64,000 bases of DNA from the human T2T-CHM13v2.0 reference genome, Homo sapiens: NCBI RefSeq assembly GCF_009914755.1, contig NC_060947.1; one strand, given 5' to 3'. Position 1 is the first letter of the stretch; every line of letters begins with the position of its first letter. Shown piece by piece: positions 45,592 through 59,375 of this stretch. The position numbers were made by a program, and so were the translations under genes. Below the pieces are notes generated by a model. It worked only from the letters and a program-made list of their open reading frames with translations. It was not told where the DNA came from and made no database searches.

Positions 45592-48500
45592 AGGACCTGT
45601 GGCTCTACAGTCAGCCAGTGGCAAAGCCAGCCAGGTCTATGTCTTTCATTTCAGGGTAACAAGGTCTCTCTGGGACCAGGTGGGTACAGAGGTGCCATCT
45701 GGAAGTGAGGGACTACAGTCAAAAACCTTAGAAGTCTCCCTGCTGTTCTATTGTACCGCGACTGAGTTGGCACTCAAACCACAACATGCAATCCTTCCCT
45801 TGCTTCCCTGTACTTTCCAAAGGCAGAGAAGCCTCATCCTGTAGCCACTGCCACCCCAGGCCACAAGGAGTCCTGCCAAACTACTGCTGATATTCCCTTA
45901 AGACCCAAAGGCTCTTAAGTCAGCTTGTGGTGATTGCTGCCTGGCATGGGACTCACCCTTCAGGGTAATGGGCTCCCCTCTGTTCCAGCACAGGTCCAGA
46001 AATGCTACCCAAGGGTCGTGTCCTGGAATTGAGGACCCCAAAAGCCCACTTGGTGCTCTGCTCCCCTGTTGCCATGCTGGTACCTGAAGCCAGCTGTCTA
46101 GAAATGTCATCTGGGAGCTAGGGCCTGGAATGGGGGCCTCATGACTCTATCCAGTGCCTTATCCTGCTGTGGCTGAGCTGGTATCCGGGATGTAAAAGAG
46201 AGACCTCCTCACTCTTACCTCTCCTTTCCCTAAGTAGAAGAAAGGTGTCTCTTTTGGAGCCATGAACTGTGCAGCCTTGGGTTAGGGGACAGGGGATGCT
46301 TCCCCAGCTGATGTCTCAGTATGCTGCATGCCACCCTAGTCCACTGTCCTATGCCCAGTTCTGCCTTAGGCCTTGCCTAAGAGTTGTAGTCCTTATGGTC
46401 TAGGCTGCCTTTTAAGTTTACTTAGAGACCTAGAGCACTTTGGCCCTTGGTGGCAAGGTTTGTGAGAATTCAAATTTGGACCACTGGGATCAGTGGTTCC
46501 CCACCAGATAGGGCTGGTTTAAATGCTCCCTCTGTGGGCGATTGTCAGCTGCGTTTGGTCTGGTATTTCTTTCTGCTCTAACAGAACAGCACTGAGTTCA
46601 ATGGCTCACAATTGCTGTATTCTTCCTCCCCCAGTGCCCAGAGAAGCTCTCTGTACCATGAGGCCACTGCAGCAGTTGGGGGAGGAGAAGTGGCTTCGGT
46701 GATTCAACTTTTTTTTTTTCTTTTAATCTCTTCAGTGCCTCTTTTGGGGTATGAGGTTCAAACTAAGTACTATGAGTGCTCACCTGATTTTTTCATTCCT
46801 ATGAAGGTGTTTTTTCTTTGTAGATAGATGTTAAATTTGTGTCCTTGTGGGGAGGATGATCAATGGAAGCTTCTATTCTGCCATCTTGCTCTGTCTTTCA
46901 TTATAGTATTTTTTTTCTTTTAGTATTGTGGCATATGAAAAAATATTTCTGACCAACCACCCATAATCATTTTTATCTAAACTGCTATCAGTCATTAAAA
47001 ATGTCTGTGTTTCATTGAGCAAAACTGGGACCAGTGTCTTTAAGCTTGTCACTTGCTGGGTCTGTAAAGAATTGGTTAGTTGGATATTAATGGAAATTTT
47101 AGTTATTCGAATGACTTACATAGTTGCTGAATATTGTGCCATAAAATACTGGTTCTGACTTTCAATACATCATTTTAATTAATTTTGGTGTAATTTCATA
47201 CATGTTATTAATCTCTGGATGGAGGTTAGAGATTATATTGTATTGATGCCCTGATTAAAGTGTGTTATATTCACTGCACTTGAAGAAAAAAATCACTAGT
47301 AGTACAAAAATATCATTGTTTCTCTTAATTCAACTTGATCCCAAACATAACTTAAATCACTCCTAGCTTCGTTGCTATGGGGCATAGTATCTTAACTAGA
47401 AATATTAAATACTTCTAGTAAATTTGAGTAGGTAAAGACTCCCTAAATATATAAACAGTAGTTATGCTTACAGAAAATTGGTGGCATTTTTCCTATCAAT
47501 GAGTTGTTTTAAGATGAGTCAGAGCTAATGAAGAGTCAGAAATCATCTCAGAAGACATGGTACTTTCTTCTAAAACAGAAACAGAAACTATTAGGACAAA
47601 TGGCAATGAATTCTGCCTCCCCCTAAATTAAAGCAGGAAAGTATGAGTCAGAGGTAAGGCCCTTTTAACATCTCCAGATATATCCCATGGTGTCAGGCCA
47701 ACTGGATAGACCTTATAAATGGACTTACCTGAAGCTTTCTTTAGCCCCTCTGTGCATGGCCTCGTATTTTCTGCCCTAAACTTTTCTCTTTTTACTTCAG
47801 TTATCACTTATCCCGGATACATATCACGACTATCCCATACTCCCCATTCCTTGACTAGTCTTACCTCCAACAAAGAAGAATATGCACTTTAGTTAAAATC
47901 CAGATTTATAAAAAAAGACACGTCTATGATTCCCAGTCCTTTGCCTCCACTGGGAAAAAATTTTTTGATCTGTTTGAAATGTTCAAGGGAAAAAAGACCC
48001 AAGTTTGCTGCCTCTCCCATGCCATCCTTCAGCTTCACAGCCCTGCCTGTGGAGGTTTGATTCTACTTGGGCTACATCCTACTTCTCAAAAACCAGGTCA
48101 CTGAGAAATCTGGGACTTTCATTCATATATGTGTCCAATGTTTTAGTGACCAAAAATAACAACAACAAAAAATCTACCACAAGATTCTGTCATTCACCCA
48201 CTATAGCATTAATGACTTCCAATTATTCACCAAGGACTTGATTAGAATGAGCCATCTCTGACTAGTTACTGCCAATTTGAAAGTATTTACATTAAAGAGC
48301 AAAAGATACGAACTATTCTTACAATGCTTACCCATTTCCAAAAGAATGTGATCCACAGACAAATTTGTCATTTACCAAACTTCTCTCACCAAAATTTGCC
48401 ACCATCTTTATTATGACGTCCATTTAATCAATAGTCAGAGGCCATGGGACACAGAAGAAATGGCCTTCTCATGTGATAGAGAAACTGAAATCTTCTTTTG

Positions 48501-49424
48501 GAGAAAAGGAGATTTCTGGACTTTGATGATAGTAGATCCAAAAGAAACTGGTTGAGGTCTTTTATCAATTTAGAAGGTAGAACCAATCAGAGTTAGAAGC
48601 ACTCAAGAAGCCCTGAGACTTAAAAGATAAAACACCTTCATATGATCTTAAATTTTTAGCACTATTTTCCCTTCTTGAAGTTGTATTATTACTGACTTCC
48701 TTTACCTGAGGTTTTCTCTGACATACAATGAACCAGAAGCAACTTTAGTTTTATTTTCCTGATATTAATAAGCAATCAGTTAGGTTTACAGCAGTGTCTA
48801 TTAGTGAAAGATCATATTTTCATTTTTGATTACTGATTTTTTTAAAGTTTAACCTAATCACAAGTTTTCATTAAAATTTACCATTAGATCATTACCCTGC
48901 TTCTTTAAAACAATAGTTCAGATAAAGTACACCTGCAACATAAAAAGCTTTTGGACTTTTCTTAGAATGTTCTTAAAGGACCTTTTTACAAGAAATTTTT
49001 AAGAAAATCTTCTAAGAAATGTAAAATACTTTATACCAGCTATTGAAGAATAGTAACGGTGAATTTTGTTTTGAGAACCTGACTCAATTTATACATAGAA
49101 ATAATAGCACTCAATATTTATTCATATTCTTAAATGAGCAAGTTAAAATTGTATTTAATTATATACTCTTAAAATTTTAGATGGTATTTCTTTGGTTTCT
49201 TTTTTCAATAAACATTACTTTTAGGGGTGGTAGTTTTGAAGGGAGCAGGGAAGAAATCTTTTTATCAGTAGCTCAATATTCTGGGATCAGAAAACACAAT
49301 AGTTTTTGTTTTGTTTTTGCTCTTTTTGGGCAGTAATTACCTGATAAGTTTCTCATACTGAGAGCTCTCCAGAATACAGAGTTCTTGCCAGCATCAAAAG
49401 GACTTCCTTTTGAGAAGTAACCAT

Positions 49425-49612
49425 ATTTCAGTGAAAAAATCATTGAACTAAAAACTAAGAGACTTGGCTTTCAAATCGGGTTCTGCAATAAACCAGCTGT
49501 GTGATCACGGGCAAGTCACCTAACCTTACTGTGTCTTAGTGTCCTTTTCATAAGAGGAGAAGTAAGGCTAGATGATATCTGAAGTCTGTTCTAGTACTAG
49601 TATTCAGTGGTT
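49425..49612 (+). mobile_element. MIR3-like relic
   Basis: accagctgtgtgatcacgggcaagtcacctaacc...ggctagatgatatctgaagtctgttctag. Confidence 0.7.
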
Positions 49613-50805
49613 GAATATACTATATTTTTGTTATGAATGCAGCTCATCTAACTTAAGCACAAGAGAGCAGCTGCTAAAAAGAGCTGATTAGCAACAATTA
49701 GGAGTGGCATTTCATTTGTATTGCATATCTTCCCAATTAAAAGCATTTAGTGATTAAAATTACATGCTTGAAATACAGTCTTTAAAAGGAAATATTTTCA
49801 AATAAATGAAATCTCTGGGTCAAGGCCAATTTGTATTTTAAACATTTGCATAATATTAAAGAGTTTTGCTGTAGTATAAGGCATGCTTAGCCATTGCAGT
49901 TTTTAGAATCTGAAGCGAGACAGAGATAGAGTCAAAGAGCGAGATAGAGAATGCAAGTGCACGTGTGAGCACAAGCAAATGAAACAAGTAAAAAAGAGAA
50001 TTCTGAATTATTATGCATGCTAGTAAAAAATGATTGGTTCCTCCTAGGATGTTTACAGAATTAATCAGATTATGTCTTGTGTTTCATTTCTATACTTCAC
50101 ATTAAGTCATATGTTTAAGATTTTCCTTTATTTCTGAAAGCCAAAAGCTGACTTTTCAAAATCAAGGGAAGAATAGACTAAAAAAAATGGACCTGAAAAA
50201 TAGATGTGCTTCACTGTTCTCGTGGATATAACAACCCTGATGTCTTCAATTAAATCTCCTTTGTTCCAGCTTAAAACATTGTGAATTTAAATTAACACTT
50301 TAAGACATTTCAATCTGAGTGCACATTCCAAATAACGTAATAAAATCATCTGATTGTTCTCTCAGATGGAGAAACCAGAGTAGTGATAGTGAACACAAGG
50401 CCAGAAAAAATGAAATGGTATTTATTATATATTTTCTTATAAAAACAAAGTTGGGGGAAGTACACATTAAAACAGAACTTAGTACAAAAATTCTATCATT
50501 TTCAAGAATCTTCCTGAGTGCCTACTCTTTTGTCAAAAGGGAAAAACAAAGACTGTTCTTAATTTTGAAATCTGACACAATAGGGAAAAAAAAATCAATG
50601 ACAGAAATTCCTATTCTTTGGACTAACATTTAAAAAAAAGAACCACATGCTATGAATAGTACTGTTCTACAAAATAGGTTTTGCTAAGTCCTAGTGGGAA
50701 AAAAAATACATGTATAATATCTTAAACCTTGTATGTGGCTTTATCAAAATTAACAATACTATTATTAATATTTTAATGTAAACTTATTTCTTCCTAAGAG
50801 ACATA

Positions 50806-50942
50806 GTGTTTTCTTACCCAAAGGGAGATGGTGTTTTCTTACCCAAAGGGAGATGGTGTTTTCTTACCCAAAGAGAGATGGTGTTTTCTTACCCAAAGGG
50901 AGATGGTGTTTTCTTACCCAAAGAGAGATGGTGTTTTCTTAC
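50806..50942. repeat. 25-bp minisatellite, ~5.5 copies
   Basis: Unit gtgttttcttacccaaag(g/a)gagatg starts at 50806, 50831, 50856, 50881, 50906 and 50931 (partial). Confidence 0.97.
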
Positions 50943-52515
50943 ACATCACTCTCCTTTCCTTAGTATGACTTTAAAGTAGCGAGGGACTTGGTGACATTAG
51001 GGTTATCGGCAGATATGTGACTAACGGCTTGGGACATTTTATTGTAATCCGTTTTTTATTGTATTTCCCTTGACAAGGCTACAAATGAATTCTGAAATAA
51101 ATGTTCTAGAAGTAGTGCATAGACTCTAAAAGGTACCACAGTATTGAATATATAAGCAACAGTTGCTTTTCCCCCTAATAGTTTTAGACAGCCTATAGCA
51201 AACCAAGAATTTTTAGTGGAATGAAAGTGAATTTATGATAATACTTATTATATCTGTATTGAGAATATTCAATGTGTATTAAAGTATTTCCTTAATGTTT
51301 TCTAAAACAGCCATGTTATTGTAGTGTTATCCATTTGAATCTATGTTCTTGCATTCCTGTGGCCCAAAGATGTATCAGTAATACTAAGAGAAAAGTGAAA
51401 AAAAATTAAATATCAGGTTAGTTATTGATAAATCAAGCAGTGGTGAAAGTCAGAAATAAATTTTGAGTCTTTCCACCAGCATTCCTCGATCTAAAGAGTA
51501 AATGGCTTTTAATCAGTTTTAGAACTAGATCTCTTTGGAACTATTTTTAGTACTTACTGGCACTGTATGCATTTTCTGGGCAACTGTACCAGATTTATAG
51601 CTCTAAAAGTGCTGTGTTATTTATTGCCTTCCAATAGGCAATGAAGTGGTGTCTTGCACATGCATGTGTCAAAAATGTTAAAGTTTTCTCCAGTTGTCTC
51701 GTTAATTCTTTCCCAGGACAATAGACAAAATATATGGCTCTCTATTTGGCAATGAATATCCTTTATCAATTTTTTAAAAGAAAAAAAAAACTTCTCTTGC
51801 AAATTTCACATCCAACGTCAACTTTCTCTTTTTTGATTTTACAAATCTCCACAAAGAATTAAAGTCTCAGAAGGGCTTTATCTTGCTTATTTCAGCAGTT
51901 TTTGTCTTGGGTTTGCAATCCTAAAGTTTATTTTTGAATTTAGGAAGAAATATCACTCACAAATGAAGGTTATTAGGATGAGGTTATTAGAAAGTCCATG
52001 CATTTTTCATGACCTCAACCTGAATTGGCACTTTTGTATACTAGAGATCAATGCCATTTCAGATATCAGAATCCAAAAATCAACATATCATGTGTAAATT
52101 ATTCTTGCATGCAGTTCTTATATATTATTTTCTTCCCTGATTTTTGTTTTCTTTGTTGATCACACGTATCCATGTTTGACAGATGTAGGGTTTTGCATCT
52201 TTTCAATAATGCACTGGCTACATACCACACTTAGTATTTGTCATAATTTATTCTGAAAATCAAGTTTTACAACTAGGTTGTAAAATTTTACTAGCAATTG
52301 ACACTTTGGCTTTTATTACATTTTTGAACAGAAAAGAAGTAGTTGTTTCAGGAAATAATTTTGAAATTGTTTTCTGGACAGTTTTATTAAAATAAAAGAC
52401 AAAAAAAAAACCCAAGTCAACAATTATAGAGTATTCCTGTGCCTATACAGACTGAGAATTAAGAACAACCAAATTCTGCTCTTCTTTTATCTTTTAAAAT
52501 AAGAGCCACTACTTT

Positions 52516-52645
52516 AATTCATGCATTTATTTATCTAACAAATGTTTTCTGAATGTGTTCACATATGCCAGGTGCTATATCTTTAGAGATTATACATTTA
52601 AACAAAGCTTCATGCCATATTACCCTACACTCACATTATTTAGTA
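52516..52645 (-). mobile_element. L2 3'-end relic
   Basis: attcatgcatttatttatctaacaaatgtttt...tatgccaggtgctat. Confidence 0.55.
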
Positions 52646-53284
52646 TATGAAGGCGTACCTAGAGATATACACATAGAGAGTTTGCCCCTATACACAGAAA
52701 TAAATAATTTTAAGTGGATTTGGAATTCAGGGTAGTGCAGGTCAATTCTTCCAAACTTTTAACTTTTTTGTATATAAGGATGTGTCGATGCTGAAGATAG
52801 GGAGATGATGAATTAAGGAGCCATACGTTTTATCTTCTTTTTCATTTTTCTCACTGTCCTCCTGTCATGGTCAAACATATGGCAAAAGGCTTCAGTTTTT
52901 TAATTGCTCATGTGGATGTGAGCTCAGTTGAACTAACTACATTTGGGGTAGGACTGATGTTGGATTCATGTGTTAGTTATTCTTTATTCCTGAAGGAGAT
53001 TGAACAGAAAACAGTCTTGGAATCATCATTCAGTAATAATAGTAAGCTCATGTTGGCACTATACTTTGACGTCAACTTAGATATCTCACCAAAATTTTGT
53101 TGAAAATTATTTATGTCTTAACCTGTGGGCAACTCCTGTTCAAATCCCGTGGACAATATTAAGTTTAAATATGTTTGCTCAGCAAGTCTTTGTAGAACTC
53201 TAAAAATCTGGAAAAATGGGGGTTATGCATGCAATCACCTGGCTAATCATAGATTCTTTTTAAAGAAAAACATGATGTCTTAGG

Positions 53285-53497
53285 ATAGTACAGTTCAATA
53301 GAATTTGTGCAATAATGAAAATGTTCTACATCTGCAGTGTCCAACGTAGTAGCTACTGGCCACATGGAGCTGTTGAGAATTTAAAATATGGGTAGTGCAA
53401 GTAGGAACTGATGTTTTAAATTAATCTAATTCATTTAATTTAAATCTAAATTTAAATGCTCCTTTGGGGCTAATTACCATCATATTGAACAGAGTAG
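53285..53497 (+). mobile_element. MER3 relic
   Basis: caatagaatttgtgcaataatgaaaatgttctacatctgcagtgtccaacgtagtagctactggccacatgg. Confidence 0.8.
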
Positions 53498-55347
53498 TTG
53501 TGAAAGACAGAATAGCAATGGTGACATTATCCATTAACTAATATGTACATTTCATTATCACCTTGAGAATTAGAAAAATATATTTTTAAGATTATTGCCA
53601 TTTCACATAAAGTAATTAAAAGACAGTGAGTATGCTGATCTTGGATTTTTCATCTGACACAAGCTTGCCTTAATTTGCTTTGGAAAGCAAAGGCCAACTC
53701 AAAATTCAGACAAACACATAAAAGTAAAAACTAAATATATAAACAAGAAATGCACAAACATAAATACATAAATTTTAAAATTAAAACTTACATATTCGTT
53801 TTCCCAGATGTATTGTATTCATAAATTGGATAATTGGCTCCGAAACTTAAGAACTTTGGAACATTTTCCTTGTTCTTTTTATATTATATTATCTTTGTTT
53901 CTGTTTATGCAACCTCTAATAATAACTTACAATTTCCCCATATAGCTCTTATTAAAAATGTAGTGATTCTCTTAATGTAAATCCGTTAGTGTCAATACCA
54001 TCATTAAATCCATAGTTATTGATTTTTCTTTCACCTTAACTAGAACTTACCTTTTATCACATTAGTAAAATATGTTTACTCACCACCATGACCTTGGCAT
54101 CTAGGAGAATGCTCTCACTATATTAGCCACTCAGTATTGGAATGTCAAGGATTAAAAGAATAGTATTAAGTGCCATGGATTTTATGAAGTACAATTTAGA
54201 AACTATTTTTTCTACCCATAAATAGACATTTTGGATTTGAACCTTCCTAAAAACCTCTTGGAATATCATTACAAAAATTAAATTATCATTAATCACTAAA
54301 TTTGTTTAGATCAAATTATAATAGTATGTTATGGTATTTACTTACATTCAATGTTGTCATGAAATTCTATTTTTTCTTAAAATATGCAGTATATCAAATA
54401 ATAGATTTTGCTTGCTAATTTTCAAATATAAATACGTATAACATGAAAATGTTTTTCTTACTATATAATCAAGGAAAAGCCAGGTTGATTATTGCTCTGA
54501 GTAAAATAGGAATAGAATGCTCACGTTTATTGTATGAATTAAAAACAAAATAACTAATATACTTTGGTTAGCTCTTGTGAAATTTTTTTTTAAATAACGT
54601 TGGAACAAACTAATGATTTTAATTAATATTTCTGAAATGCCATCTTAAATTTTGTAATAAACATCTAATTCCTCCACAAAGATATATTATGGCACTGCAT
54701 TTGAATAAAAGTATAAGTGAATCTCAGCACCCCCCCAAAATCTGAAAGTTTGCAGAAATATCTTCAAGTAATTCATAAGAGGAAAAAATGAGATGCATTT
54801 GGATATTGTTTAAGACTATATATAGGCAATTATAAGACAGGTAAATTTTTTAAAGATAATGTGATTGAAATACATTTATAAACTGATCATATATTCTAGC
54901 AGTCTCTGAAAACCTGGTATTATTTATTAGGTTCTAATTTTTAGGATCTTGTTTTAGACAGTGGTATGACAAAACTATAACCTCAGATCTTATCCTGTTC
55001 TTTTATGATACAGCACATAAATGAGAGATCAATAACCAATCCATGCCACTTGTCCAGAACATGTATGTTAAAAATGTAGTAGAGAATTAAAAATTATTTA
55101 GATGTACATATGTGTATATGTGTGTGTGTGTATATATCTGTTCATAAATCACCCATGAATAGGAATCTTAAAGTCCTCCTCCGATCTTTTCTTCATACCC
55201 TCCAGTACCTTTTTATCTCATTCATCTCTGTCATAATGCTGCAAGTAACACTGGACAGGAATCTTCCTCTCTCATTTCTCCTCGGTAAGCTGGCAAGATC
55301 ACTACGTTTGTGTGTAGGGATCATCTTATTGTAGTACAGGGAGGGGA

Positions 55348-55659
<312 letters not shown>

Positions 55660-56184
55660 GAGGGGATTGTTTTTTAAATATTCCCATACTGTGACTTCGT
55701 GGGCATGAATTGAAAATAGGTCCTATCCGAAGCTACCTTTTTCAATTTGAGGTCTTGACCTGTGAATTTTAGTTCATTGTGCTTGCATGTTAAAAAAAAA
55801 ACAGTAAGAAAATAACATTGCATTGTTAATCTCTGAGATAATTTCATTTTAACTGTGTGTTCCTATGGGAAATATTGAAATTCTTTGTATTTTATACAAA
55901 TTTATATTTTAACCAGTTTGTGTATTTTTTTTCCATCTGCTAAAGGTTTTAGCTGTATTTATTAGATATGATACTTATGATGTTGTCTTGGAGGAATATT
56001 TTTATTTCGGTGCTTACTTTAGTACTGAAAAAGCATCTTAGGCAACTGAAATCTACAGTAAAAAATATTTTAATTCATTTGGAATAATCTTGGATAATTC
56101 GCTTACAGCTTCATTTATCTTGCAAAAATTTAGTGACAATTCTTTTTAAAATATACTTTTTTCTTTTGAAAACTTAAATAGTTC

Positions 56185-56461
56185 GAAAACCAAACATTGT
56201 GTGTTCTCACTGATATATGGGTGCTAAGTTATGAGGACGCAAAGGCATAAGAATGATACGATGGACATTGGGGACTTCGGGGAAAGAGAAGGAAGGTGGC
56301 GAGGGATAAAAAACTACAAATATGGTGGAGTGTATATTGCTCCAGTGATGGGTGCACCAAAATCTCACAAATCACCACTAAAGAATTTACTCATGTAACC
56401 AAATACCACCTGAACCCCAATAACTTATGGAAAAATGAAATAAAAAATTAATTAATTTAAA
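56185..56461 (+). mobile_element. L1PB1-like 3'-end fragment
   Basis: gaggacgcaaaggcataagaatgatac...aaatcaccactaaagaatttactcatgtaacc; TSD aaaact(t/g)aaatagttc at ~56169-56184 and ~56462-56477. Confidence 0.85.
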
Positions 56462-56849
56462 AAAACTGAAATAGTTCACATAATTTAAAAAAACTTAAAT
56501 AGCTCACATAAATGAGTTACATATATTACCATAAAATGCTACAATCTGAAGCCTCCTGTCCCCAGAACATCTTCTAGTACAGTTCTCTAATTTTACAAAT
56601 ATCAAGAAAAGTAAAGTAACTTGTTTGTAATCACGATATTTGTTATAGGCAGAGTTGAGACTTAGAACTGAAGTCTTCTGGCACCTATTTCTGAACTGAT
56701 CCCATTATTTTATGTGGCTTCAAGAAACTGAAAATTGTTCTCATTAGATAAGCTAACATAAGTTAAATTATATTTTATTATTCATATTAATATTAATATA
56801 TTAATTTATATTAACATAAGTTAATTCTGTTTCATTGCATGTTTTCCAG

Positions 56850-59342
56850 AGTCAAAACATTTTTGGCCTCGATGTCATTGAAACACCAGAAGGAGACAAG
56901 ATGCCACAACTGATTGTTCAAAAGGAGTTAGATAGGGAAGAGAAGGATACCTACGTGATGAAAGTAAAGGTTGAAGATGGTGGCTTTCCTCAAAGATCCA
57001 GTACTGCTATTTTGCAAGTGAGTGTTACTGATACAAATGACAACCACCCAGTCTTTAAGGAGACAGAGATTGAAGTCAGTATACCAGAAAATGCTCCTGT
57101 AGGCACTTCAGTGACACAGCTCCATGCCACAGATGCTGACATAGGTGAAAATGCCAAGATCCACTTCTCTTTCAGCAATCTAGTCTCCAACATTGCCAGG
57201 AGATTATTTCACCTCAATGCCACCACTGGACTTATCACAATCAAAGAACCACTGGATAGGGAAGAAACACCAAACCACAAGTTACTGGTTTTGGCAAGTG
57301 ATGGTGGATTGATGCCAGCAAGAGCAATGGTGCTGGTAAATGTTACAGATGTCAATGATAATGTCCCATCCATTGACATAAGATACATCGTCAATCCTGT
57401 CAATGACACAGTTGTTCTTTCAGAAAATATTCCACTCAACACCAAAATTGCTCTCATAACTGTGACGGATAAGGATGCGGACCATAATGGCAGGGTGACA
57501 TGCTTCACAGATCATGAAATCCCTTTCAGATTAAGGCCAGTATTCAGTAATCAGTTCCTCCTGGAGACTGCAGCATATCTTGACTATGAGTCCACAAAAG
57601 AATATGCCATTAAATTACTGGCTGCAGATGCTGGCAAACCTCCTTTGAATCAGTCAGCAATGCTCTTCATCAAAGTGAAAGATGAAAATGACAATGCTCC
57701 AGTTTTCACCCAGTCTTTCGTAACTGTTTCTATTCCTGAGAATAACTCTCCTGGCATCCAGTTGACGAAAGTAAGTGCAATGGATGCAGACAGTGGGCCT
57801 AATGCTAAGATCAATTACCTGCTAGGCCCTGATGCTCCACCTGAATTCAGCCTGGATTGTCGTACAGGCATGCTGACTGTAGTGAAGAAACTAGATAGAG
57901 AAAAAGAGGATAAATATTTATTCACAATTCTGGCAAAAGATAACGGGGTACCACCCTTAACCAGCAATGTCACAGTCTTTGTAAGCATTATTGATCAGAA
58001 TGACAATAGCCCAGTTTTCACTCACAATGAATACAACTTCTATGTCCCAGAAAACCTTCCAAGGCATGGTACAGTAGGACTAATCACTGTAACTGATCCT
58101 GATTATGGAGACAATTCTGCAGTTACGCTCTCCATTTTAGATGAGAATGATGACTTCACCATTGATTCACAAACTGGTGTCATCCGACCAAATATTTCAT
58201 TTGATAGAGAAAAACAAGAATCTTACACTTTCTATGTAAAGGCTGAGGATGGTGGTAGAGTATCACGTTCTTCAAGTGCCAAAGTAACCATAAATGTGGT
58301 TGATGTCAATGACAACAAACCAGTTTTCATTGTCCCTCCTTCCAACTGTTCTTATGAATTGGTTCTACCGTCCACTAATCCAGGCACAGTGGTCTTTCAG
58401 GTAATTGCTGTTGACAATGACACTGGCATGAATGCAGAGGTTCGTTACAGCATTGTAGGAGGAAACACAAGAGATCTGTTTGCAATCGACCAAGAAACAG
58501 GCAACATAACATTGATGGAGAAATGTGATGTTACAGACCTTGGTTTACACAGAGTGTTGGTCAAAGCTAATGACTTAGGACAGCCTGATTCTCTCTTCAG
58601 TGTTGTAATTGTCAATCTGTTCGTGAATGAGTCGGTGACCAATGCTACACTGATTAATGAACTGGTGCGCAAAAGCACTGAAGCACCAGTGACCCCAAAT
58701 ACTGAGATAGCTGATGTATCCTCACCAACTAGTGACTATGTCAAGATCCTGGTTGCAGCTGTTGCTGGCACCATAACTGTCGTTGTAGTTATTTTCATCA
58801 CTGCTGTAGTAAGATGTCGCCAGGCACCACACCTTAAGGCTGCTCAGAAAAACAAGCAGAATTCTGAATGGGCTACCCCAAACCCAGAAAACAGGCAGAT
58901 GATAATGATGAAGAAAAAGAAAAAGAAGAAGAAGCATTCCCCTAAGAACTTGCTGCTTAATTTTGTCACTATTGAAGAAACTAAGGCAGATGATGTTGAC
59001 AGTGATGGAAACAGAGTCACACTAGACCTTCCTATTGATCTAGAAGAGCAAACAATGGGAAAGTACAATTGGGTAACTACACCTACTACTTTCAAGCCCG
59101 ACAGCCCTGATTTGGCCCGACACTACAAATCTGCCTCTCCACAGCCTGCCTTCCAAATTCAGCCTGAAACTCCCCTGAATTCGAAGCACCACATCATCCA
59201 AGAACTGCCTCTCGATAACACCTTTGTGGCCTGTGACTCTATCTCCAAGTGTTCCTCAAGCAGTTCAGATCCCTACAGCGTTTCTGACTGTGGCTATCCA
59301 GTGACGACCTTCGAGGTACCTGTGTCCGTACACACCAGACCG
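56850..59342 (+). CDS. PCDH11X: PCDH11X large coding exon (rest of EC2 to EC7, TM, juxtamembrane tail); 2493 nt, phase 0-0
   Basis: Acceptor ttttccAG|AGTCAA joins ...YELIK to SQNIFG in frame; repeated LDRE/LDYE/FDRE and DxNDN motifs; [24 protein letters not shown] at 58746-58811; donor CCG|GTAGGT at 59342/59343. Confidence 0.98.
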
Positions 59343-59375
59343 GTAGGTATCCAAGTTTCTAACACAACTTTCTAA
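59343..59375 (+). CDS. PCDH11X: Read-through C-terminus [10 protein letters not shown] when the donor is not used (1021-aa isoform)
   Basis: The frame stays open past the donor to TAA at 59373-59375; 180+841 = 1021 aa. Candidate poly(A) signals are ATTAAA at 59708 and AATAAA at 60090 and 60413. Confidence 0.75.
   Translation, partial: VGIQVSNTTF

Larger units (their letters stand above)
33900..46900 (-). mobile_element. Full-length ancient L1 (L1MA1-3/L1PB-like, ~7.4 kb), split by a nested insertion at 36529-42125
   Basis: 3' end with poly(T) near 33915; ORF2 fragments ([16 protein letters not shown]); ORF1 coiled-coil relic at 44773-45027; 5' end gagcaagatggcagaatag near 46890; TSD-like ttatagt(g/a)ttttt at 33887-33899 and 46901-46913. 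Confidence 0.85.

Noticed and set aside
50806-50942. CRISPR-like array of 25-bp repeats
   Set aside because: The units are contiguous with no unique spacers, and the DNA is human with no cas genes. It is a minisatellite.
56753-56826. AT-only quasi-palindrome flanked by taacataagttaa repeats before the acceptor
   Set aside because: Low-complexity AT sequence produces such symmetry by chance, and no function can be supported.
56990-59095. Antisense ORFs inside the large exon
   Set aside because: Shadow frames of the coding strand, with no independent promoter or splice evidence.
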